From positions 1 through 27,289 of the IMG/VR virus record IMGVR_UViG_3300015201_000009: a DNA stretch of 27,289 bases; one strand, 5' to 3'. A program made the position numbers and the translations under genes. The DNA comes from a virus (Duplodnaviria > Caudoviricetes). The notes below the pieces were generated by a model that saw only the letters and a list, made by a program, of their open reading frames with translations, was not told the origin of the DNA and did not search any database. Below are positions 1 through 7,390 of the stretch, in pieces. The stretch's first letter is position 1. The number at the start of each line of letters is the position of its first letter.

Positions 1-180
1 GCACAACTCACAAAGATGAATTGCAAACTTTCCGTACTTTCGACCCTTAACCATCTTGTTTTTCCAGTCAACACCATCTACAACATCACGCAGCGGGGTT
101 GCCTTTATCCTAAATTCAAAGCCTACTGATTGCTCAAAAAGTAGCATTAAATCACGTTCAATATTTTCAGGTACTTTCAT
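1..180 (-). CDS. hypothetical protein, partial (runs off the left edge)
   Basis: ATG at 180, frame MKVPENIERDL...AIHLCELC open to base 1; translated manually. Confidence 0.55.
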   Translation of the reverse strand, partial: MKVPENIERDLMLLFEQSVGFEFRIKATPLRDVVDGVDWKNKMVKGRKYGKFAIHLCELC

Positions 181-205
181 TGTCTTCCAGGTTTATGGTG
201 CTGAG

Positions 206-457
206 TCAAACGAACGAATCAAATTTTGGGGCTAGTCTTTCAATGACCTCTAAATCTTCGATGCTTTCAACGTTCAATAAAAGCTGTCCTACCCCCGTGA
301 TTACAAGCGCAATTTGGTCTACATTGAAATAGCATGTTACAGCGATAGAAACTTCCTCGTCTCCATTGGTTAAAAATTTCTCCATTGGAACGATTGGCTC
401 TAGCGTTTCACGCATCCCAAACTTTAAAAGCGATTCTTTAGTGATTTCTGTTTTCAT
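206..457 (-). CDS. hypothetical phage protein
   Basis: 83 aa ORF packed 3 nt after the upstream stop. Confidence 0.7.
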   Translation of the reverse strand: MKTEITKESLLKFGMRETLEPIVPMEKFLTNGDEEVSIAVTCYFNVDQIALVITGVGQLLLNVESIEDLEVIERLAPKFDSFV

Positions 458-460
458 GGT

Positions 461-1054
461 TCATCTTCCTTCCTTGTTTAAAAATTCAATATCGTATGAT
501 AGGTTAAACTCTTCTTCGGAAACTACTCCAGGTCTTTTCTCCGCTGTTCGTGGCTCGTATGCATAGATGATATAAGCCAGGTGCCTATCTTTCGCGTAGG
601 CTTCTTCCTTTGAGGTTACAGGATACGGCGAGTCTTTCTTGGGTAACCATCCCCCTTCTTCAATGGCTTCCTTGTGGGTCACTCTAGGTACCGCAGATTG
701 CATTTCTACAGCCTTAACTTTATCAAGCCATTCCTGAAGCTTCTTTGCTCTCGCCTCTCCGGTAAGCGGAACCCATTCTTTCTCCTGCTCCTTCTGCTCC
801 GCTTCTTTCTTCTTCTGCTCGATCTCCCACCAATTAACTTTTGGTTTATCAGGGGGTATTTTATTAAGTTTATTGGTTAAGTGTGTTCTATGTTCCCTGA
901 TAGGTACGACTGCAAAGGCTTCTCTATCAGCAAGTCCTAAAGTGTAAACCTGTTCAGCTACCTTTTTGAAAGTTTCAGGTTTGTGATTTTTACTTGCAGC
1001 CTCATACCAGATCTCGTCTGAGGTAAGGGATTGATAGAAGGATTCAAAATTCAT
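461..1054 (-). CDS. hypothetical protein; N-terminus resembles the C-terminal domain of Bacteroidota phage replication proteins
   Basis: 197 aa ORF, ATGA overlap with upstream gene; L..DEIW.E ... H..N.L pattern recalled from such proteins (weak). Confidence 0.45.
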   Translation of the reverse strand: MNFESFYQSLTSDEIWYEAASKNHKPETFKKVAEQVYTLGLADREAFAVVPIREHRTHLTNKLNKIPPDKPKVNWWEIEQKKKEAEQKEQEKEWVPLTGEARAKKLQEWLDKVKAVEMQSAVPRVTHKEAIEEGGWLPKKDSPYPVTSKEEAYAKDRHLAYIIYAYEPRTAEKRPGVVSEEEFNLSYDIEFLNKEGR

Positions 1055-1206
1055 TTCTTTACTTTCTTTTTCTTTGACATCCGGTAAGGGTGGTTATTCA
1101 AAAGGTTTTCAACATACCGGTTAAAGGGAGTATTGAAAGTAACCGATTCACTTTTAAGCTCTGTTATAAGGTCAGGATCAAATTTAAATGTCTGTACTTG
1201 TTTCAT
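1051..1206 (-). CDS. ribbon-helix-helix (Arc/CopG-like) DNA-binding protein, 51 aa
   Basis: Not in ORF track. MKQVQTFKFDPDLITELKSESVTFNTPFNRYVENLL...: alternating beta strand plus two helices; ATGA overlaps at both ends. Confidence 0.65.
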   Translation of the reverse strand: MKQVQTFKFDPDLITELKSESVTFNTPFNRYVENLLNNHPYRMSKKKKVKK

Positions 1207-1493
1207 ATTTTTATCTTCTTCAGCTTCAGTTGTACAAGTTTATCATACGACTCCCTAAGTGATTCATGCATTATCAGTAAATTATTATATTGCTCTCTTA
1301 GAGACTCATTCTCAGCAATCATTATCATTTCCTTATCACTCAGAATAGTTTCTTTTTTTGAGTCCCACAATCTTTGCTTGATACCCTTTTCGAAGCATGG
1401 ACCACAGACGCCATAAGACTTAAATCTTTTCGCACTTAATTTTGCTCCGCAATCAGAGCACACCTTAAATATAATTGGAGTTGGCCCTATCAT
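1203..1493 (-). CDS. zinc-finger/coiled-coil hypothetical protein
   Basis: CSDC...CGPC plus heptad-like C-terminus; ATGA-coupled. Confidence 0.65.
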   Translation of the reverse strand: MIGPTPIIFKVCSDCGAKLSAKRFKSYGVCGPCFEKGIKQRLWDSKKETILSDKEMIMIAENESLREQYNNLLIMHESLRESYDKLVQLKLKKIKI

Positions 1494-1675
1494 AGAGATG
1501 CATAGTCTAAACCTTCTTTAGTAACTTTCAAAGATTCAGTCAGGTAACCTTTAGATAAAAGGGTGGACAATGCGGTTTGTCTATCTTTCAACTTCATAGG
1601 GCCAAAATGAAAGAATCCAATCATATGAATCTGAGTAAGAATTCTTTTGAGAGTTTGTTCGCTTGTTGCTTTCAT
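1490..1675 (-). CDS. small hypothetical protein, possibly winged-helix-like
   Basis: Likely start MKATSEQ; L.SKGYL...VT.EG pattern. Confidence 0.55.
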   Translation of the reverse strand: MKATSEQTLKRILTQIHMIGFFHFGPMKLKDRQTALSTLLSKGYLTESLKVTKEGLDYASL

Positions 1676-1748
1676 ATCCCTTAGTATTATGATATAAAGA
1701 TACAACCGAGATACATCTAATCCTAGTACTTTCTAATATTTATTTAAA

Positions 1749-2267
1749 TTATTTTCCATGATGTATTTTATGGCATTTAAAACACAGTGGCACAACATCT
1801 TCAACGGTCTCATGATATAGGTTTTTGTAGGTTCTATGATGCCCTTGTAGCCTGTCCTCAGAACAGCAAAGAACACATTTACCACCCCAGTGGATTATAC
1901 ATTCTATTCTGATCTTCCTCCATTCAGGAGATTTAAGGTAATCCAAATACTTTTGCCTCCATTCATCAGTTATAATTTTAACCTTCTTTTCGGGTCTCTT
2001 TTTTGGTGTTGGTTCAGGTAAAATATCCTGTTCGTATAATTGGATTATGAATGCGTCAGTCCTAATTTCAATAGGCCTTTGTATATCAAACATTGTAAGG
2101 AATGTACTTATTCTCTTTTTATGTTTCATTCCGTGTAAGTTCACCCCCTCACGTTCCAAAGCATCAAATATTCTTCTTTTAGCAGCCTTAAGCTTAATAT
2201 GATAATTCATGGACTTATTGTGATGAGCCATAGTTTCTAGGTTTGTGTGGTCAATTCCTCCGATCAT
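1749..2267 (-). CDS. HNH endonuclease with N-terminal extension
   Basis: YLKSPEWRKIR...CVLC...GHHRTY...LCFKCHKIHH. Confidence 0.85.
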   Translation of the reverse strand: MIGGIDHTNLETMAHHNKSMNYHIKLKAAKRRIFDALEREGVNLHGMKHKKRISTFLTMFDIQRPIEIRTDAFIIQLYEQDILPEPTPKKRPEKKVKIITDEWRQKYLDYLKSPEWRKIRIECIIHWGGKCVLCCSEDRLQGHHRTYKNLYHETVEDVVPLCFKCHKIHHGK

Positions 2268-2299
2268 AGCAGTAAAAAGTTTAATGTTATAAAGTGATA

Positions 2300-2731
2300 G
2301 ATTTCTAGAGCGAGGTAAGGACAGAGTGAGCCCCCCTAACCCCCATTAAAGAAGTTAGGAGAGTAAAGTTTTCTATCGCTTCGGTTAAGTCTTCGCTTCG
2401 CCTTTGTTTTATTTCGGCCCCCTCACCATAGCGAAACTAGTCGCGGGCTAATGCATCCGAAAATGTTTTAATGTCTCGCCTACGTATTGCACGTAAGATC
2501 ACACCTGACAATGATTTTTATTTGTTTATGAGAGCCGCCGTATACCCCGTAGGACATGGACTAAACGCTCTGTCTCCCTTTAAGCAGAACCTAAGAGATG
2601 CCCTTGATCACGGGAAACGCTTTTTGAGGTAAGGTATAAAAAGCAAAAACCTGCAGTGAGGGTCCAGCTCAAAACAGGTTCTACTTGATTTCACACTTAA
2701 TACTGGACCTATCAGGTGTGAATTGATAGGC
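2300..2731 (-). ncRNA. candidate structured non-coding RNA or cis-regulatory leader
   Basis: No long ORF; multiple hairpins with G-U pairs on the minus strand, cUACGg loop, complementary loops, 10-bp long-range pairing. Confidence 0.6.
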
Positions 2732-2763
2732 CGAATATCACCAACTAAAACGACACAAACAAA
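2732..2763 (-). promoter_or_regulatory. possible Bacteroidota-type promoter for the non-coding region
   Basis: TTTG-N20-GATATTCG on the minus strand (degenerate match to TTTG...TAnnTTTG). Confidence 0.35.
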
Positions 2764-2804
2764 AGAAAAGTTTAAAAAAGTTAAATAGGAATCTTATCAG
2801 ACAT

Positions 2805-2826
2805 AAAAAAAGACCCTAAGGCCTTC
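2805..2826 (-). terminator. intrinsic terminator closing the TnpB guide
   Basis: AAGGCC-TTAG-GGTCTT followed by a T run on the minus strand. Confidence 0.75.
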
Positions 2827-2828
2827 TA

Positions 2829-3000
2829 GTTTCTGTTTCTCTCTCAGATTGGCATCCTCTTCGTCATAAAGACAAAGATTCCCTTAACGGCGTCTTATGC
2901 CCCAGACGGAAACTGAGTATGTTTTTAGCGGCGTTCACATCCCTTTGATGCTCGGCACCACAACTACACGTCCAGTTTCTTACTCCCAATTCGCGCACAC
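2829..3000 (-). ncRNA. TnpB omega-RNA (reRNA) scaffold plus ~20 nt guide; 5' boundary approximate
   Basis: IS200/IS605-type right end GGAAT-CTTTGTC-TTTAT-GACGAAG-AGGATGCCAA overlapping the tnpB stop; upstream hairpin CGTCT/AGACG; guide 2848-2829. Confidence 0.7.
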
Positions 3001-3913
3001 CTTTCGGGCCTGTTCGTTCTTTGCAGACTGAACACGTCACGGTTGAGAAACTTTCATTGACCTCTTTCACTTCGACGCCAAGCCTAATGGCTTTGTATGC
3101 AAGCATCGTTTTGAAGGATGACCAACCTGCATCACTGACAGATTTAGCCATCCGGGTTTTTATTAATTTTGATGATGAGACGTTACCAATCGCAATCAGA
3201 TCATATTCTTTGACCAGTTTCGTGGTTTGTTTATGGTTCCAGTCTCTTCTTTGATTCTTCATTTTGGCATGAATGGCAGTAACTAGTTTCTTTTTACCGG
3301 CCCTTTGTGCCATAGCTAGTTTCTGTTCATACTTACAGGTAAGATTGTCCCTACTTAGTTCATTGCCATTAGATAGGGTAGCTATCGTTTTTAAGCCTAA
3401 GTCAATACCCACTTCCTTGCCTGTTTGTATACGTACTCGGTCAGCATCAGCAATAACCATATTAACGAACCAATGACCTTTGGCATCCTGCGAAAAGGAA
3501 CCAGCCCTGATTTTGCCTTCTATGGGTCTGGACATCCAGAAACGGAATGCGCGCCCATTGTATATAATACAATCACCATTTAGCTTTACTCCAGCGCCTT
3601 TAAAGGGTATCCAGCCAAGAGACCGTTTTCGGCTTCTCCAATTCAATTTTGGTTTCTTGAATTGCTTGCTGCATTTCGCGTACTCTTCTCCAATAGCCTG
3701 AACGGTTTGGGAGTATAATCCTAAGTCTTTGGCACAGCCAGCCGTTTTCATGTTCAGATCAAACCCAGAATACGTTTTACGGAATTTACGCCAGCTATCA
3801 TAGTTCACATCGTTGCAATAGTTCCAAACGAAATTAACTGCGCCAGCCATCTTATTTAGATGTTTGGAGGTAGTTTCGTCTTTGATTCTATATCGTAACG
3901 TTGTCAATTCCAT
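2864..3913 (-). CDS. tnpB: TnpB RNA-guided endonuclease (IS200/IS605 family, IS1341-like, no tnpA)
   Basis: N-terminal YRI/HTH with VWN, RuvC-I GIDLG, Zn finger CSVC...CSC, RuvC-III HQRDVNAAKNI. Confidence 0.95.
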   Translation of the reverse strand: MELTTLRYRIKDETTSKHLNKMAGAVNFVWNYCNDVNYDSWRKFRKTYSGFDLNMKTAGCAKDLGLYSQTVQAIGEEYAKCSKQFKKPKLNWRSRKRSLGWIPFKGAGVKLNGDCIIYNGRAFRFWMSRPIEGKIRAGSFSQDAKGHWFVNMVIADADRVRIQTGKEVGIDLGLKTIATLSNGNELSRDNLTCKYEQKLAMAQRAGKKKLVTAIHAKMKNQRRDWNHKQTTKLVKEYDLIAIGNVSSSKLIKTRMAKSVSDAGWSSFKTMLAYKAIRLGVEVKEVNESFSTVTCSVCKERTGPKGVRELGVRNWTCSCGAEHQRDVNAAKNILSFRLGHKTPLRESLSL

Positions 3914-4151
3914 CCTTTACAAAGAGGGCTTCACTCGGTGGTACAATTGATGTCCATAATGAAGGCTGTCTTCCATAGTGTGCGAAGTCGGTAAATCCAG
4001 GATCGGCATACGGAGGGCTGTAATTATAGTAGGCTATTCCGTAGCATTCGGTTTCGAATTCATTGCCTTCATAGTATACCAAAACTCGCTCGCTGTGGCT
4101 CCATCCATGCTTTGCATCTGGTAATTGATATTTAACTTTTATCCATTCCAT
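3888..4151 (-). CDS. DUF551-like small phage protein
   Basis: MEWIKV..LP...VLV...W..I.PP pattern. Confidence 0.6.
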   Translation of the reverse strand: MEWIKVKYQLPDAKHGWSHSERVLVYYEGNEFETECYGIAYYNYSPPYADPGFTDFAHYGRQPSLWTSIVPPSEALFVKDGIDNVTI

Positions 4152-4170
4152 ATTTTCAGTGTTTTGTCTG

Positions 4171-4497
4171 CTATCTTTTCTGTGAGTTGTGGTAGAGAAT
4201 GAATTCGACTACTGCTTTGTAAACAGCCTCGATTTTACTGTTGCATACTTGTTGTTTTATTATTGCTTCTCCTTCTATATCCGTAATCCTTGCACAACGA
4301 CCGGTAATTATAAATGTGTAACCTTTGATTTCATACAAGTATTTTTTATACTGGATACTTTCAATCTTCTCCACTACTGGCATAAGCTCTGACCATCCGA
4401 TAATAAAGTCATTTGATGTAATACCTTGCTTCCTGGTAAATTCTGGATAGAAGCTCTTTATAAGCCTAAATTCCTCTAATGTTATTTGTATCTCCAT
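4171..4497 (-). CDS. conserved-type phage hypothetical protein
   Basis: W..LMPVVEKIE...IEAVYKAVVEFI motif typical of phage small proteins. Confidence 0.7.
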   Translation of the reverse strand: MEIQITLEEFRLIKSFYPEFTRKQGITSNDFIIGWSELMPVVEKIESIQYKKYLYEIKGYTFIITGRCARITDIEGEAIIKQQVCNSKIEAVYKAVVEFILYHNSQKR

Positions 4498-5009
4498 GAA
4501 TATGCTTTGTAGGTTTTTAATCTTCCTTTACATGCGTCCTGAATTGACTTAGCATTAAGGCCTGTTTCCCTAGCTGCATCACCTGTACTTTCGTAAGCAC
4601 CGCATAGCTCACCTAAAATATTAAACCTCTCTACTGGCTTAGAGCGCCAATGCCTAATACCGGTTCTTCCAATCATTGATTTAGGGATTAGACCCAGGTC
4701 GATACCATGCTTGATATTTTCAGAGCGTGTGCACCATTCTAGATTCTTCCAGTCGTTATTCAATTTTATCCCGTCGACATGATTTACCTCCGGTTTGTTT
4801 TCTAGGTTCTCTATAAACTCCATCGCAACTAGCCTGTGAACTAAGAATGATTTAGTTCCTCCTTTCGAAACGTTCAATTGCTCGTAACCATTCTTGACCA
4901 CAGTTTTCATTGCTTGACCGTGTTTGTTTAGGATAGCGCCATTACGGATTATCTTGTAACCCCACTCTGATATCAATTCGGTGTCTGCTATCTTTTCAGG
5001 GAGGGTCAT
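4482..5009 (-). CDS. HNH homing endonuclease with C-terminal NUMOD1-like domain
   Basis: VHRLVA..F...VNHVDG.K.NN...NLEWCT.SEN..H; Y.S..AARETG...I...C.G. Confidence 0.9.
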   Translation of the reverse strand: MTLPEKIADTELISEWGYKIIRNGAILNKHGQAMKTVVKNGYEQLNVSKGGTKSFLVHRLVAMEFIENLENKPEVNHVDGIKLNNDWKNLEWCTRSENIKHGIDLGLIPKSMIGRTGIRHWRSKPVERFNILGELCGAYESTGDAARETGLNAKSIQDACKGRLKTYKAYSWRYK

Positions 5010-5428
5010 ACAGCTACCAGTTTGCGTTTCTTAAAAGTGTAGTCTTCAATTACCTCACCTTTGGATTCGTGAATTTGGCGCAGATGAAGCAGGGTCTTTT
5101 CGAAGGCATTAAATAAGGTCTCTTCATCGGTAGCATCCCAACTGAACCAATTACCGATAGCCTTCATGAATGTCTTTTCAAGATCAAGTATCTCCTGGAC
5201 GGTATAAGTCCCGTCACTTTCTTTAAAAATGTGCATGGAGGCGATATCTACCTGACTTTGTATGTTACTTAAAATTCCCCATTCTTGACAATTTAGTCTG
5301 GCATGTCCCCAAGTTTCATTTTTATTCAAAAGATTACCGACAAAACAGGCGCATTCCTCCCACGGCTGTACTTCATTATTTATGTATGCCTTTACAAGTT
5401 TTTCGTATTGAGTTCTAAATGGTATCAT
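5006..5428 (-). CDS. hypothetical phage protein
   Basis: 140 aa ORF, ATGA-coupled to the HNH gene. Confidence 0.75.
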   Translation of the reverse strand: MIPFRTQYEKLVKAYINNEVQPWEECACFVGNLLNKNETWGHARLNCQEWGILSNIQSQVDIASMHIFKESDGTYTVQEILDLEKTFMKAIGNWFSWDATDEETLFNAFEKTLLHLRQIHESKGEVIEDYTFKKRKLVAV

Positions 5429-5550
5429 ATTTTTCTAATCTTTAGTTTCTGGTTTAGTAGCTAGTAAGGCCCAATCTTCTTTTGTCATCCAGTCTTCCGG
5501 GACCAAACATTGACACTGGGAGCATACCACTTGATGTTTTATTATCTCGT

Positions 5551-5730
5551 CTACCATACTTGAATGATTAAAAAGTCAGCAACATCTTGCTCGTAATATC
5601 CAGAGGTCCTATTCCTTGCGGCCTGGGCATCTTCCAGGTTACCAGAAATAGCTACCACCTCGAAACAATCGGTATAAAATCCAGCGTCTTCTTCACCTTG
5701 CGTTTTAGTCCTGATCACCGCGTATTTCAT
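5551..5730 (-). CDS. small hypothetical protein (59 aa)
   Basis: Manually translated MKYAVIRTKTQ...FLIIQVW; fills the operon gap. Confidence 0.6.
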   Translation of the reverse strand: MKYAVIRTKTQGEEDAGFYTDCFEVVAISGNLEDAQAARNRTSGYYEQDVADFLIIQVW

Positions 5731-5739
5731 AATTCTATC

Positions 5740-5971
5740 TGTTAGTAGCTAATCAACTTTTCTTTATTATGAATTTAACAACCCTTTGAAGGCCTGAAAT
5801 CCCCTGTTCATCGAAGTCCATACCAAGTTGCTCACATAGGTCGTACAGCGTTACCCAGGCCCTTGCTTGATCTTTTAAGGCTGCCGGATCATCACTGATG
5901 GTCTTTGTTTTCATTATCTCATTTACATTCTCTACAGTAATTTCCATGTTATTTTGTGTTAGTAGCTAATC
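5740..5971. repeat. 15-bp direct repeat TGTTAGTAGCTAATC (5740-5754, 5957-5971)
   Basis: Exact duplicate; partial third copy TTAGTAGCTA at 5454-5463. Confidence 0.85.
5753..5947 (-). CDS. small hypothetical protein
   Basis: 64 aa ORF in operon. Confidence 0.65.
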   Translation of the reverse strand: MEITVENVNEIMKTKTISDDPAALKDQARAWVTLYDLCEQLGMDFDEQGISGLQRVVKFIIKKS

Positions 5972-6364
5972 TGCTGAAGCAGTTTCAGCTGCACTTTGTA
6001 ATGATCAATCTTTTCAACTAGTTCGTGACGCATGAATTTAGCCAGGCTTTTTGATTGCAATCGCAACTCTTCTAATAGATCAGGTCCGTAAACTTGATGC
6101 ATCATCCAAACGTATTTCTGACCATGTTCAGGATCGACGCAATTGCAATACTGGCAAACTGGATGGCAATTCCCTTTCATCGTAACGGGTAGCCATTTGA
6201 TCTCGATCTATGAAGTGCCCACACTGTGCCTCTGATATTCTCATTCGCTTTGAGCAAATGAAACAATAGCAATACCCATCATGGGAATATTTGTTGCGGA
6301 TATACTTACTGAATACGTCATCCAGTTCTTTCGTGAGCACCGCTAAAGACTTATCCGGTTTCAT
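5959..6364 (-). pseudogene. ninG: NinG/Rap-like recombination endonuclease split by a +1 frameshift
   Basis: LD.VFSKYIR...CFIC...CGHF......TRYDE in one frame and NCH..C..CN in the next; removing one G at 6172-6174 restores DERNCHP. Confidence 0.75.
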
Positions 6365-6537
6365 GCAACTCTCTTTATAAAGATTTTATTACTTTCAGTT
6401 ACGTGCTCGTATTGCATAGGGCCGCGATTATTAAAGTTGTACAAATATTGCCAACTATATTTTTTAGCCTTTCCGGTAAGCTCCATTTTTTCCCCTATTT
6501 TAAGGGTCTCCGGCTTGTAGATTGATTTCCTTCCCAT
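6361..6537 (-). CDS. small basic protein, possible transcriptional regulator
   Basis: MGRKSIYK...IFIKRVA; first gene after the leftward promoter. Confidence 0.55.
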   Translation of the reverse strand: MGRKSIYKPETLKIGEKMELTGKAKKYSWQYLYNFNNRGPMQYEHVTESNKIFIKRVA

Positions 6538-6539
6538 AT

Positions 6540-6665
6540 TGTATCTCAAAGATAATACATTAAATTCGAGGCAGCCTAATAAAATTGTAAAAATATTTTA
6601 GAAAGTTGTAGGATTGTAATTTTATTAGTGTTTACTTTGAAGAGTCAATTCAAACAAAAACACTC
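6540..6665. promoter_or_regulatory. divergent promoter region
   Basis: TATCTTTG on the minus strand (6554-6547, exact TAnnTTTG) and TTACTTTG on the plus strand (6632-6639); AT-rich; strand switch of ORFs. Confidence 0.7.
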
Positions 6666-6992
6666 ATGGGCAGAACCAGACACTTCAAAAATAAGCTTGC
6701 TAAAAATGAGCGCTTATATGTCATCTGGTGTAACATGAAATCCAGGTGTTATGATGAGACCAGAGAGGCATACAAGTATTATGGAGCCAAAGGGATTAGA
6801 TTATGCCCGGAATGGGAAAATGATTTCATGGCATTTTATACGTGGTCTAAAGCCAATGGATATCGTAAGAATTTAACCATTGATCGCAAGCGTTCATCAG
6901 ACGACTATTCACCCACCACTTGCCAATGGATCACGAAGAAGGCAAATTGTAGAAAACAAGAACATAAAACAAACTTACTCGCAAGGTTATGA
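6666..6992 (+). CDS. HNH-type endonuclease-like protein
   Basis: RLY.IW.NMK.RCY...YG.KGI.LC.EW..F..F..W...GY...LTIDR...Y.P..C.W. Confidence 0.8.
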   Translation: MGRTRHFKNKLAKNERLYVIWCNMKSRCYDETREAYKYYGAKGIRLCPEWENDFMAFYTWSKANGYRKNLTIDRKRSSDDYSPTTCQWITKKANCRKQEHKTNLLARL

Positions 6993-7219
6993 AAACATCA
7001 ACACACAAAACAGTAGAAGAAGCAGTAAGCCATTTAAAGGGTAATTTCGTAGGTCTTCAAATTGACCTTACAAATATCGGTCAACACGGTGAATTCATTT
7101 GGGAAGCAAAGACACCATTTACCCGCCCATCATTGGCTACTCAATACGCCGGTTCAATCTATTTTAACCATGATGCAAAGTTTAACAAAGTGTGGTGCGT
7201 AAAAGGAAAAAAAATCTAA
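6989..7219 (+). CDS. hypothetical protein
   Basis: ATGA-coupled ORF. Confidence 0.65.
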   Translation: MKTSTHKTVEEAVSHLKGNFVGLQIDLTNIGQHGEFIWEAKTPFTRPSLATQYAGSIYFNHDAKFNKVWCVKGKKI

Positions 7220-7275
7220 AACCATGCGAGGTCCGGGGCGATAGCATCAATCCGGTTCGCTTAAAAATATCACCC

Positions 7276-7389
7276 ATGGAAACAATCAAACAATTCACCA
7301 AAAGCAACTGGCCCGGGTTCGTAATCGCAATCCCCGCAATAGTTGCAACTCTTTTCGCTATTATAACAGAGGTATCTAAACACTTTTAA
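7276..7389 (+). CDS. small membrane peptide (37 aa)
   Basis: METIKQF...GFVIAIPAIVATLFAII hydrophobic segment. Confidence 0.55.
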   Translation: METIKQFTKSNWPGFVIAIPAIVATLFAIITEVSKHF

Positions 7390-7390
7390 G

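Noticed and set aside
2300-2731. Group I/II intron, tRNA, CRISPR array or IscB HEARO RNA
   Set aside because: No domain V, cloverleaf or repeat-spacer pattern seen; the adjacent HNH lacks PLMP and RuvC motifs
3316-3327. 12-nt match (CTAGTTTCTGTT) between the TnpB guide region (2826-2837) and tnpB itself
   Set aside because: Covers only the distal part; the seed does not match, so it is unlikely to be a target
3910-3950. Possible IS left end (GAAG plus imperfect hairpin CCCTCTTT-GT-AAAGGATGG)
   Set aside because: Weak stem and no cleavage tetranucleotide matching the pairing rule; cannot be supported
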